A DNA stretch of 64,000 nucleotides from Pedosphaera sp. (GCA_009695285.1 SIBH01000001.1:10296-74295); one strand, 5' to 3'. Counted from the stretch's first letter, positions 19,438-28,529 are shown. Program-made: numbers and translations. Notes: generated by a model not told the origin, from the letters alone.

Positions 19438-20796
19438 ATGAGCGAGCGGCCCAACATCCTTTTGGTGATCGTGGACGACATGGGCGTCCACCAGCTGGGC
19501 TCTTACGGCAATAGGTTCTTCGAGACGCCCAATCTGGACCGGCTTGCCGCCGAGGGCGTGCGTTTCACTTCGGCCTACACCGCCAGCCCGATCTGCTCGC
19601 CGGCCCGTGCGGCCCTCTACGCCGGCATTCATCCGGCCCGTTGGCACCTTACCAATTATATCCTCGGCACGGTGCCGGATAATCCGCGGTTGCTCCCGCC
19701 CCCCTGGCGCCCCTACCTGCCGGTCGAGGCCGACACGCTCGGCGATGTGTTCAAGGCCGCCGGTTACGCGACCGGTCATTTCGGCAAATGGCACCTGGCC
19801 CACGATTACAAGTATCATCCGGGTCGGCCGACCGATCCTGAATCGCAGGGCTTCGATGAGGTCGTCGTCACGCACAAGCCGCCCGCCGATGCCGATCCGG
19901 AGGGTGATCCGCACCATGTGGAGCAACTGGCCTCGGCGGCGATCCGGTTCATGGGACAGCCCCGCGCGGAACCGTTCCTTTGTGTTGTGGCCCACAACGC
20001 CCTGCACCGTCCCGAGCTGGCTCCGGCCGCATTGGTGAAAAAGTATGCGGAGAAAGCCGGCGCCAACACGGATGTCAATCGTCCGGTGCTGGCGGCGATG
20101 GCCGAGCTCATGGATCGAAGCGTCGGACGCATGTTGGAACATTTGCGGGTCAGCGGCCAGGAACGGAAAACCCTGGTGGTCTTCACCACCGATCACGGTG
20201 CCTTCGGTCGCAGCGCGACGCGCAAGCCTTTGCGCGGGGCCAAGGCAGATGTCTACGAGGGTGGGGTGCGCGTGCCGCTGATCTATCGTTGGCCGGGCCG
20301 GCTGATGCCCGGCGAGCGGGCCGGGCCGGTGATCGGCACTGACCTCTTCCCGACGCTGCTCGATTTTTGCGGTGTCCGCATTCCCGCGAAACTGGATGGG
20401 CTGAGCCTGAAGGCCGCCTTGGAGGTTCCGCAGCATCCCGTGCCCGCGCGGAACGAATTCTGCTGGCAATATCCCCACTATCATCATCTCGGGCTGGCCC
20501 CCAGTGGGGCGATCCGCGCCGGCAACTGGAAGTTGATCGAGTGGTTCGAGCGCACGATCGGTGACGTCAACGACGGCCCCCCTATGAGCTCTACGACCTG
20601 GAATCGGATCCCACCGAGTCCCGCAACATGGCGGAACTCGAACCGGTGCTGCGCGGAACTGGCCCGCCGGTTGCAGGAGTGCCGTCACGGTGTCGGGGCG
20701 CAGGAAATGACCTCCAATCTCCATTACAACCCGGCGGATCTGCCCCATGTGGCGCCGCCGCCACCGGGCGACCTGGCCAACCCTTTCGCAAAATGA
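19438..20796 (+). CDS. Formylglycine-type sulfatase, with an internal out-of-frame patch (compensated frameshifts about 20577-20650)
   Basis: LLVIVDDMG, the C-x-P-x-R motif CSPARAALYAG and GKWHL. The canonical C-terminal motif YELYDLESDPTESRNMAELEPVL is encoded only in another frame between about 20583 and 20650. Confidence 0.8.
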   Translation: MSERPNILLVIVDDMGVHQLGSYGNRFFETPNLDRLAAEGVRFTSAYTASPICSPARAALYAGIHPARWHLTNYILGTVPDNPRLLPPPWRPYLPVEADTLGDVFKAAGYATGHFGKWHLAHDYKYHPGRPTDPESQGFDEVVVTHKPPADADPEGDPHHVEQLASAAIRFMGQPRAEPFLCVVAHNALHRPELAPAALVKKYAEKAGANTDVNRPVLAAMAELMDRSVGRMLEHLRVSGQERKTLVVFTTDHGAFGRSATRKPLRGAKADVYEGGVRVPLIYRWPGRLMPGERAGPVIGTDLFPTLLDFCGVRIPAKLDGLSLKAALEVPQHPVPARNEFCWQYPHYHHLGLAPSGAIRAGNWKLIEWFERTIGDVNDGPPMSSTTWNRIPPSPATWRNSNRCCAELARRLQECRHGVGAQEMTSNLHYNPADLPHVAPPPPGDLANPFAK

Positions 20797-21938
20797 ACAC
20801 CCTGATCCTTCTGCAACCCAAGCGTATCATCTTTGGCGACGGCACCAGTCGCACCGCCCCCGAGGAATTCCTGCGACAGGGCTGGAAGCGGCTCTTCGTC
20901 ATCACCAGCCCGCAGGTGGCCGGCGCGCAGGCCGCGCTGGTCGGCAGCTGGCGCTCCGCCGGGATTGAGGTCACGGTCTGCCAGCTCGTCGATCGCGAGC
21001 CCGAGATCGCGCTCTTTGATCAGGTCATGACCGCCGCCCGGGCCGCGAGCCCGGATGTGATCGTGGGCTTCGGGGGTGGCAGCGCCATCGATGTCTCCAA
21101 GCTGGTCGCCGCCCTCTATGACGGTCGCGAGCAGGTCCGCGCGGTCTTTGGCATCGGGCTGCTCAAGGCCCGCGCCCTGCCGCTCGCCTGCATTGCGACG
21201 ACGGCCGGCACCGGCGCCGATGTGTCACCGGCGGCCATCCTCCTGGACGAGGCCGAGCGGCTCAAGAAGGGGGTCGTCAGCCCTCACCTCGTGCCCGACC
21301 TCGCGATCTGCGATCCTGAGCTCACGTACTCGATGCCTCCGGCCGTCACGGCCGCGAGCGGCATCGACGCGCTGGTGCATTGCATGGAGGCTTACGCCAA
21401 CAAGCACGCGCATCCCATCGTCGACGTCTACGCGCTGGAGGGCATCCGCCGGATCGGCCGCAGCATGGAAACCGTCGTGCGCGACGGCGCCAACCGGGCG
21501 GCCCGGGCCGATGTGATGCTGGGCGCGCTTTACGGCGGTCTCTGCCTCGGGCCGGTCAACACCGCGGCGGTGCATGCCCTGTCTTATCCGCTGGGCGGCG
21601 AATACCGCATTGCCCACGGCGTGGCGAACTCGCTGCTCATGCCGCATGTGTTCCGGTTCAACCTGCCCGCGATGCCGGAGCGCTACGCGGACATCGCCCG
21701 GGCCCTCGGCTGTCCGCCGGAAGCCTCCGCTTTGCTCACGGCGGAAGCCGGTCTGCGCCGTCTCGCCGAGATGTCCCGCCACTGCGGCATCCCGCAGCGC
21801 CTCCGCGACGTGAACGTGCCCGAGACCGACCTGACCCGCCTGGCCACCGAGGCCATGAAGGTCACCCGGCTCCTCCGGAACAATCCGCGCGATCTCACCG
21901 CCGCCGACGCCGAGCGCATCTACCGCGAGGCTTACTGA
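20793..21938 (+). CDS. Iron-containing (group III) alcohol dehydrogenase
   Basis: Starts at ATG 20793, overlapping the sulfatase stop (ATGA). Has GFGGGSAIDVSK and the conserved His cluster (ALVHCMEAY.., AHGVANS). Confidence 0.85.
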   Translation: MNTLILLQPKRIIFGDGTSRTAPEEFLRQGWKRLFVITSPQVAGAQAALVGSWRSAGIEVTVCQLVDREPEIALFDQVMTAARAASPDVIVGFGGGSAIDVSKLVAALYDGREQVRAVFGIGLLKARALPLACIATTAGTGADVSPAAILLDEAERLKKGVVSPHLVPDLAICDPELTYSMPPAVTAASGIDALVHCMEAYANKHAHPIVDVYALEGIRRIGRSMETVVRDGANRAARADVMLGALYGGLCLGPVNTAAVHALSYPLGGEYRIAHGVANSLLMPHVFRFNLPAMPERYADIARALGCPPEASALLTAEAGLRRLAEMSRHCGIPQRLRDVNVPETDLTRLATEAMKVTRLLRNNPRDLTAADAERIYREAY

Positions 21939-21944
21939 TTTTCC

Positions 21945-22880
21945 ATGAAACTGATGACCGTCAAGGGACTCACCCGCGCCCAACTCCGCGGATTTTCCAT
22001 CGTGCCGCTGCTCACTCCGGTGACGGCGGACGGGCAGATCGATGAACCGGCGATCGGCCGATTGATCGAGCACATACTCGCCGGAGGCTGCCAGGGTCTC
22101 ATGGTCTGCGGCACGACGGGCGAGTTTGCTTCGCTGACCGTCGAGGACCGCATCCGGCTCGTCCGCCTCGCCGTGACCACGGTCCGGGGCCGCGGCGTGG
22201 TTTTCGGCGGTATCGGCGACACCAGTCCCGCGCACTCGCTGCGGCTGGCCCGCGAGTTTCTCGCGGCCGGCGCCGACGCGGTCGTGGCCAACCTCCCGTC
22301 TTATTATCCCCTGACTCCGGAGATGATGGAAAAATATTTCTCCGGTCTCGCCGACCAGATCGCCGGGCCGGTTTATCTCTACAACATTCCACAGACGACC
22401 AAGCAGAGCATCCCGCTCGACGTCATCGAGCGGCTCAGTCACCATCCGCGCATTGTCGGCCTGAAGGACTCCGAGCCTGACGGGGCGCGCCAGGAGCAGG
22501 TTTGCCGCATGTTTGCGGGCCGACCGGACTTTTCGGTTTTCTGCGGGTCCATCATATTCACGGCCCGGGCCATGCGCGCCGGTGCCGACGGCTTCATCCC
22601 CGGCGCGGGCAATTTTGCGCCCGGGCTCACCCGCGACCTCATGGCCAAGCTCGTCGCCGGCGACACGGCGGCGGCGGACGCCCTCCAGGCGCGCATCGAT
22701 GCGGTCAACGCCACTTACCAGAAGGGCCGCACCATCTCGCAGCTGTTCTGCGCGCTCAAGGCCATCCTGGAGATCCACGGTCTGGCCCGGCGCGACATGT
22801 TTCCTCCGCTGCTCCCGTGCACCGACGCCGAGGTGGAGCAAATCCGCGGCCAGCTGCGCGAACTCGGCCTGATCAAATGA
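21945..22880 (+). CDS. DapA/N-acetylneuraminate-lyase family (class I aldolase/dehydratase)
   Basis: 311-aa ORF with the GLMVCGTTGEFASLT signature of the dihydrodipicolinate synthase family. Confidence 0.8.
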   Translation: MKLMTVKGLTRAQLRGFSIVPLLTPVTADGQIDEPAIGRLIEHILAGGCQGLMVCGTTGEFASLTVEDRIRLVRLAVTTVRGRGVVFGGIGDTSPAHSLRLAREFLAAGADAVVANLPSYYPLTPEMMEKYFSGLADQIAGPVYLYNIPQTTKQSIPLDVIERLSHHPRIVGLKDSEPDGARQEQVCRMFAGRPDFSVFCGSIIFTARAMRAGADGFIPGAGNFAPGLTRDLMAKLVAGDTAAADALQARIDAVNATYQKGRTISQLFCALKAILEIHGLARRDMFPPLLPCTDAEVEQIRGQLRELGLIK

Positions 22881-23917
22881 GTAACTTAATCAAGCCCATC
22901 CTGGCCGTCACGCTCGGCGACCCCGCGGGCACGGGGCCGGAACTCATCACCAAGGCGTTTGCCCAGTCCGATGTCACCGCCGTGTGCCGTCCGGTCGTCA
23001 TTGGGGACGCCGCGGTCGTCCGTGAGGCCGCGGCCATCACCGGCGCGAAACTGCCGGTGCGCATCATTGCCTCGCCGGCCGAAGCCGGCGAGGGGTCGAC
23101 GCTGGACGTGGTCGACCTGGGGAATGTCGACCCGGCGCAATTCGCGCGCGGCCAGATCAGCGCCCACTGCGGCCAGGCGGCCTACGAGGCCATCAAGCGT
23201 TCCGTCGATTATACCCTCGCGGGCTCGGCCCACGCGGTCGTGACCTCGGCCCTCAACAAGGCCGCCCTGCATGCCGCCGGTCACCACTATGACGGGCATA
23301 CCGAGTTGCTCTCCGAGCTGTGCGGCAAGCCCAAGGTCACGATGATGCTGGTGGCGGACAAGCTGCGCGTCTGCCACGTGAGCACCCATGTTTCGCTGCG
23401 CGAGGCGATCGAGCGGGTGAAGCCCGAGCGGATCGTCAGTGTGATCAGGATCGCCCGGGCCGGAGTGCAGGAACTCGGCATCGCCGATCCCCACATCGCC
23501 GTGGCGGGCGTGAACCCGCATGCGGGCGAAGGCGGCATCTTTGGCGACGAGGAGATCAGGTTCATCGCGCCCGCCATCGAGCAGGCAAAGGCCCTCGGCT
23601 TCCGCGTCAGCGGACCTTACGCCGGCGACACGGTCTTCTTCCGCACCCTGCAGGGCCAGTTCGACTGCGCCATCGCCATGTATCACGACCAAGGCCACGT
23701 CGCGGCCAAGATGCTCGGCATCTGGTTGGGCGTGAATGTGACCCTCGGCCTGCCGATCATCCGGACCTCAGTCGAGCACGGCACTGATTTTGACAACGCC
23801 GGCACCGGCCGGGGCGACCCCCGCAGTCTGGTCGCCGCCCTCAAGCTCGCCGCCACCATGGCTGGCAACCGCCTGCGCGCCTCCGGTTCCGCGCTGCGCG
23901 TTCCCGAACAAATATAA
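22877..23917 (+). CDS. PdxA-family 4-hydroxy(threonate)-4-phosphate dehydrogenase (PdxA2-like)
   Basis: Starts at ATG 22877 (ATGA overlap with the upstream stop). Motifs are ILAVTLGDPAGTGPELI, NPHAGEGG and TSVEHGTDFD. It neighbours a DUF1537-type kinase, as in acid-sugar pathways. Confidence 0.8.
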   Translation: MSNLIKPILAVTLGDPAGTGPELITKAFAQSDVTAVCRPVVIGDAAVVREAAAITGAKLPVRIIASPAEAGEGSTLDVVDLGNVDPAQFARGQISAHCGQAAYEAIKRSVDYTLAGSAHAVVTSALNKAALHAAGHHYDGHTELLSELCGKPKVTMMLVADKLRVCHVSTHVSLREAIERVKPERIVSVIRIARAGVQELGIADPHIAVAGVNPHAGEGGIFGDEEIRFIAPAIEQAKALGFRVSGPYAGDTVFFRTLQGQFDCAIAMYHDQGHVAAKMLGIWLGVNVTLGLPIIRTSVEHGTDFDNAGTGRGDPRSLVAALKLAATMAGNRLRASGSALRVPEQI

Positions 23918-23931
23918 CCCCTACAACCCAC

Positions 23932-25092
23932 TTGATCATGTCTTTATCGCGTTTCATTCCTTCGTCACGGACCCTCGTCGCGTTCGCGGTCCTCGCCAAC
24001 CTCGCTGCCGTCCTGCCGGCCCGGGGCGCCACGGTGGCCCTCTGGCTGTTCGATGAACAGGAGCAGCTTTATCCGAGCTCGATCCTCAACGATGCGGGCC
24101 CGCAGAACTGGTTCCTGGTGCTCGGCCGTGGCGGCGAGATCGTGCCGGGCAAATTCGGCCGCGCCCTGCGCCCGGTCGAACCTGCGCCCTTCAACCCGAC
24201 CTTCAAGGGTCGCAAGAACCAGGAGGAGTTCAGCAACGCCGGCGGCTACGAGTTCGGCCTGCAGGCGCCTCCGAAAAAGCCCGGCCGCAAGGTCGAGCCG
24301 ATGACCTGGTTCAATGCGACGTTTGCAGCCACCTTCGTCAATGGCGACGAGCACCTTCGCCGCCGCCCCTTCGGCAGCCCCACCCAAAGTGACCTCAACC
24401 TCGGCGCGGGAGATTTCACGGTTGAGTTCTGGCTCAAGGCCGACGCCCCCGGGGCGGGCGAGGGCGCCGTCGTCGAGGTCGGCTCCGGCCCGCGCGGCGA
24501 GAACGACGTGGACACCCGGCCCACGCTGGCGGTCAGCCCTGATGGACTGACTTGGAAGCGATACCCGCGTCCGGCCTACGTGCCTATTGGCAACTTCATG
24601 GGCTTCGAGATGCGGCGCCCCTATGTCGCCTTTGGCATGGTTCGTCGGGGCCACGAGCTGTGGCAGTACACCTATACCCGTTCGATCTATCACGATGGTT
24701 ACAAGAAGGAAGGGACCGAGGGATCGCCTCCGGCCCTCGTACAACGGCTTTCCCAGCGGCTTGACGGTTTTGTCTCGGTCGATGCGCCCTACGAAAAGGA
24801 AGGTGGCTTCACGACGCACCCCCTGCGTTTTGTGGGCGGGCAGCTCGTGGTGAACGTCGATACCGGTGCCACCGGTTTCATGCAGATCGGCTTTGAAGAC
24901 GAGCACGGCAAGTCCGTCCCCGGCTTCAGCGTCGATGATTGCATCTACATCAACGGCAACATGGTCGAGCCCAAGGTCTGCTGGCTGACCAAGGACAATA
25001 CAATCACTCACGACGTGTCCGCCCTCGCGGGCCGGCCCGTCCGCATGGTGGTGCGCATGCGGGGGCCTCTCACTACGCCTGGCAGTTCGTGA
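23932..25092 (+). CDS. Secreted LamG-like / glycosidase-C-terminal chimera (possibly a deletion-derived pseudogene)
   Basis: Signal-like N-terminus. LamG-type strands are LWLFDE..GKFGRAL..GAGDFTVEFWLKA. The protein then goes directly into one propeller-blade-like segment (LAVSPDGLTWKR) and a beta-sandwich (QRLDGFVSVDAP..) homologous to the C-terminus of the 2574-4112 product. The expected terminal motif (SHYAWQFVK*) lies in another frame after a G-run at about 25055. Confidence 0.5.
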   Translation: MIMSLSRFIPSSRTLVAFAVLANLAAVLPARGATVALWLFDEQEQLYPSSILNDAGPQNWFLVLGRGGEIVPGKFGRALRPVEPAPFNPTFKGRKNQEEFSNAGGYEFGLQAPPKKPGRKVEPMTWFNATFAATFVNGDEHLRRRPFGSPTQSDLNLGAGDFTVEFWLKADAPGAGEGAVVEVGSGPRGENDVDTRPTLAVSPDGLTWKRYPRPAYVPIGNFMGFEMRRPYVAFGMVRRGHELWQYTYTRSIYHDGYKKEGTEGSPPALVQRLSQRLDGFVSVDAPYEKEGGFTTHPLRFVGGQLVVNVDTGATGFMQIGFEDEHGKSVPGFSVDDCIYINGNMVEPKVCWLTKDNTITHDVSALAGRPVRMVVRMRGPLTTPGSS

Positions 25093-25093
25093 A

Positions 25094-26317
25094 ATGACGC
25101 AGGTCTACCTGCTCGCAGATGATCTCAGCGGCGCGCTGGAGGCCGGTGCGGCCTTCAGCGCAGTCGGCTGGAAGGTGGTGCTGCCTCTGGGAGCGACTCC
25201 CCCGGCCGCGGGAGAGGCCGGGAGTCTCGAGGTGTTTTCCACGGAAACCCGATCCATGGGCGCGGCGGAGGCTGCCGTCTCCCTACGGCGGATCCTCGCC
25301 GAACGCGAGGCGACCGGAGCTCAGCTGCTCTTCAAGAAGATTGATTCCACCCTGCGTGGACCGCTGGGTGCCGAGGTGGGCGCCTTGATCACCGAGCTGG
25401 CGCCGCCATTGGTCGTGATCTGCCCGGCGAATCCGGCGGTCGGGCGCACCGTGCGCGACGGAATTCTCTATGTGAACGGGGTCCGATTGGAAAAGACCGA
25501 TTTCCGGCATGATCCGGCGTGGCCGGCCAAAACCGGCGATGTGCGGGCGCGTTTCGCCGAACAGGGGGTCATGATGACCGGTCATATCCCGCTGGCCGTG
25601 CTCGCCGCAGGCGAAGCAGCGGTCCGCGCGCATATCAGCGCCCGGCGTGGGACGGGGCAGGGGACCTCGGTCTTGGTCAGTGATGCGGAATCCTCGGCGG
25701 ATATTCGCACTTTGGTGCTCGCCGTCCGTCAGGCGGATCCAGAGACCGTTTTCGTCGGCTCCGGGGCCTTGGGCTCGGTGTTGGCCGGGTTATGCCCACC
25801 GCCGCAGAAGAGGAATGTCACTGCGATGCAGGTTGTCGGGTCTATGGCTGTGCTCTGCGGCAGCCGACACCCGGCCAGTCATCGGCAGTTGAATCAGTTC
25901 GTTCGGGAATGCCACGCGGCGGTGCTGCACATCAAACCCGGGGCCCCGCTGGCCGGGCTGGTCGACGCAGCCGTGGTGAATCTGGATGCTCGGCGCCATC
26001 TGGTGGTGAAGTGTGATATCGGGGCCGTGGCCCAGACCCCGACGTCAGTATCGGATTGTTTGGCCGAGTTCGCCTTCGAGCTCGCGGAAATCCGTCTGCC
26101 TGGTGTTTTTTATCTTACTGGAGGCGAAACGGCCTATGCCGTGTGTCGACGTTTAGGTGGTAAGAGCTTGGAAATTATTCGCGAGCTGGAGGCCGGAATC
26201 ATTCTCTCCCTGCTGCGTCGATTCAATCACCCGGATGTTGCTGTGATTACGAAACCCGGCGGTTACGGACGTGAGGATATCATGGTGAAACACTTTCATG
26301 AAATAACTAAGAAATGA
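25094..26317 (+). CDS. Four-carbon acid-sugar kinase family protein (DUF1537; OtnK/DtnK/LtnK-like)
   Basis: N-terminal LLADDLSGALEAGAAF and C-terminal FYLTGGETAYAV motifs of the DUF1537 kinase family. Confidence 0.8.
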   Translation: MTQVYLLADDLSGALEAGAAFSAVGWKVVLPLGATPPAAGEAGSLEVFSTETRSMGAAEAAVSLRRILAEREATGAQLLFKKIDSTLRGPLGAEVGALITELAPPLVVICPANPAVGRTVRDGILYVNGVRLEKTDFRHDPAWPAKTGDVRARFAEQGVMMTGHIPLAVLAAGEAAVRAHISARRGTGQGTSVLVSDAESSADIRTLVLAVRQADPETVFVGSGALGSVLAGLCPPPQKRNVTAMQVVGSMAVLCGSRHPASHRQLNQFVRECHAAVLHIKPGAPLAGLVDAAVVNLDARRHLVVKCDIGAVAQTPTSVSDCLAEFAFELAEIRLPGVFYLTGGETAYAVCRRLGGKSLEIIRELEAGIILSLLRRFNHPDVAVITKPGGYGREDIMVKHFHEITKK

Positions 26318-26329
26318 TATTACATCAGA

Positions 26330-26349
26330 CGCATCCTATAGGGGATGCG
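26330..26349. terminator. Short hairpin between convergent genes (7-bp stem CGCATCC / GGATGCG, 6-nt loop)
   Basis: Read directly. There is no U-tract and it overlaps the stop of the 26336-27166 ORF, so this is a weak call. Confidence 0.25.
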
Positions 26350-27166
26350 CAGAGGAGGGCGTAGTGTTAGTCCGGGAGGGAGAACCGAGGGAGGCGTGAC
26401 GGAGGCCAATGCAGGATATTTTGTGTGGTGGCGGTGTTTGCCCGTGAGATTTCACATATGCTGTCCCATGAGATGGACCGCGAAGCCGGGTAGTTCGCAC
26501 TGGCGGGGCGGAGCAAGTGTGCCGCAGCGCCCGCCGGCTGTCCCATGGCGCTGGAGCAACCCGCCGATGTCGCGAGGCAGCCACAGAGCAGCCCGCAGGA
26601 GCGTGAGCAGGCGGGAGAAGCTGTGCGCCCAGCCGCTGCGCCAAGCTTGGAAGCGTTGGGAAATCACCCTTCGCACAGCCGACGAGGAATCGCAGGGCTT
26701 CGCGAGTCTTGGCGAGCGCACCGGCACAGTGTTCTTCCGTCCAACGTGAATGGTCCGGTGCAGGCTGGAACCGGGCGTCGGCGTCGATGAGGCAAAACAG
26801 CCGGTGAGCCCCTGGCCACAACTCTACCCGTTCCGTGTCTGGGGCGAAGAATCCGTCGTGGAGCGCTTTCTCCGCGATCATGCTGACATGAATGTAATTG
26901 GTGATGCGATCGGACTCGGGCCGCACGGCCGAACACACACTTCGGAGCAATTCCTGGCGTTCACGGTCCCGGTCGTTGGCGAGCGATTCAAGGTGCTCTG
27001 CCGTGACGGCCTGCTCGGCCATGCCGCTGAGTGAGCGGTAGCCGGTCTGGCTCACCGGGAAATATCCGCGCTCCACTGCGACGAGAGAAGTCCCCCACCG
27101 GCCGGCCACCAATCCCACCGGGCGATTGCGCACGGACATCACCCGCAGGATGGGGTCGTCAGACAT
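26336..27166 (-). CDS. Hypothetical protein (C-terminal third doubtful)
   Basis: The first ~170 aa look protein-like (..VERGYFPVSQTGYRSLSG..ITNYIHVSMIAEKALHDGFF..). The tail is Pro/Arg/Ser/Ala-rich and may result from a frame error. No family was recognised. Confidence 0.4.
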   Translation of the reverse strand: MSDDPILRVMSVRNRPVGLVAGRWGTSLVAVERGYFPVSQTGYRSLSGMAEQAVTAEHLESLANDRDRERQELLRSVCSAVRPESDRITNYIHVSMIAEKALHDGFFAPDTERVELWPGAHRLFCLIDADARFQPAPDHSRWTEEHCAGALAKTREALRFLVGCAKGDFPTLPSLAQRLGAQLLPPAHAPAGCSVAASRHRRVAPAPWDSRRALRHTCSAPPVRTTRLRGPSHGTAYVKSHGQTPPPHKISCIGLRHASLGSPSRTNTTPSSAHPL

Positions 27167-27180
27167 GCGGCCGGGGCGGC

Positions 27181-28254
27181 TTACTTCGGCCGCGCTTCGA
27201 GTCGCTCGCGGGTCTTCTCGATTTCGCCGGCGAGCAGTTTCGGCTCCGGCAAGGCCGATTTGTATTCCCGCGCGAGCACCTTGTTCGGCAGGCCATCCAG
27301 CGCGTATTCCGCGAGCGCATCGTTGGTTTCCGAACAGAGGATGAGCCCAACGGGCGGATTCTCCCCCTCGTTGGTCCAGTGCTTCTTCGCGTAGTTCAAA
27401 TAAACGTGCATCTGCCCCGCGTCAGCATGGGTGAGCTTTCCGATTTTCAGGTCGATGACGACCAGGCAGCGCAACCGCCGGTGGAAGAACAGGAGATCGA
27501 CGCGATACCACACATCGCCGATGCGCAGCCGCCTTTGGCGGCCGACGAAGGTGAAGTCGCTGCCCAGCTCGAGGAGAAAATGTTCGAGGTGCAGAAGCAG
27601 GGCCTCCTCCAACTCGCTTTCGGAGTATTCGTCCTTGAGGTTCAGGAATTCTAGCACGAGCGGGTCTTTCACTTCCTCGTCGGGTGTCACCCGGTCATCG
27701 GCCCGGGGCTTCGCGCCCTTGGTCAGCATGGCCGCCTTGTTGATCGACAGGGCCGTGCGTTCAAAAAATAGCGATCCGATCTGGCGGTCGAGTTGCCGGA
27801 CGGACCATCCGCCACGTAGCGCCTCAGCTCCGTAGAAATGACGGGCCGGCTCATCCTTGACCGACATTAGTCGAACGTAATGGGACCACGGCAGCGGAAA
27901 AGCCGCCTTAAGGGCTTCGTGGCGGGAGGGAGAAGATTCGGCAGACAGTGTCTGCCGAATTGGCCACTCCTCGTAAAATATCCGGAAGCTCCGCAGATTG
28001 CGCTGCGAAAAACCGCGGCCGAATTGCGCCGTTAGGTCGGTGGCGAGCTGGGCCAGAAGCTCTTCGCCATAGGCCGCTCGTTTCTTGCCGCCTTGTTCAA
28101 ACTCGACGATCCGCTGACCAAACTCCCAGTAAGTCGCGGTCATGACCGAATTTACGGCCCGCGCGGACGCGCGCCGTGCCGCGTCGAGCAATCCGCTCAA
28201 GTCGGCTACCAGGCCGGCATAGCCGGAATCAACGGGTATCTTGGCAGGTTTCAT
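27181..28254 (-). CDS. YhcG-family (DUF1016) PDDEXK nuclease-domain protein
   Basis: 357-aa ORF with a typical DUF1016 N-terminal helical part (TYWEFGQRIVEFEQGG..) and the C-terminal PD-(D/E)xK core ..VDLLFFHRRLRCLVVIDLKIGKL... Confidence 0.75.
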   Translation of the reverse strand: MKPAKIPVDSGYAGLVADLSGLLDAARRASARAVNSVMTATYWEFGQRIVEFEQGGKKRAAYGEELLAQLATDLTAQFGRGFSQRNLRSFRIFYEEWPIRQTLSAESSPSRHEALKAAFPLPWSHYVRLMSVKDEPARHFYGAEALRGGWSVRQLDRQIGSLFFERTALSINKAAMLTKGAKPRADDRVTPDEEVKDPLVLEFLNLKDEYSESELEEALLLHLEHFLLELGSDFTFVGRQRRLRIGDVWYRVDLLFFHRRLRCLVVIDLKIGKLTHADAGQMHVYLNYAKKHWTNEGENPPVGLILCSETNDALAEYALDGLPNKVLAREYKSALPEPKLLAGEIEKTRERLEARPK

Positions 28255-28526
28255 GGGGCAAGTCGGGCCATTCGTCGCGTCACAAGCCGCCGTCGCTCGG
28301 CGATCGACTGAAGCGCGAATTCAGCGGGCTTCATCGCGGGCGGTTCGACCGCGAGCTTTTCGTGGATCCACTTCTGCGCCTCCGCCACCCGGGCCAGCGC
28401 CGCGCGCACGGCTTCGTGCGCGGGCGTGCCTTTAAGGCAATCGAAGTTCGACGCGACATTCAGCGCGAACTCCGCCTGGCTCAGGTGGTCGTCGAGGTGC
28501 GACCGGATGGACGGCGCGACCGGCAT
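28251..28526 (-). CDS. Hypothetical small protein
   Basis: 91-aa ORF with a 4-nt overlap with the downstream YhcG start, and co-directional packing. No motif was recognised. Confidence 0.4.
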   Translation of the reverse strand: MPVAPSIRSHLDDHLSQAEFALNVASNFDCLKGTPAHEAVRAALARVAEAQKWIHEKLAVEPPAMKPAEFALQSIAERRRLVTRRMARLAP

Positions 28527-28529
28527 GGA

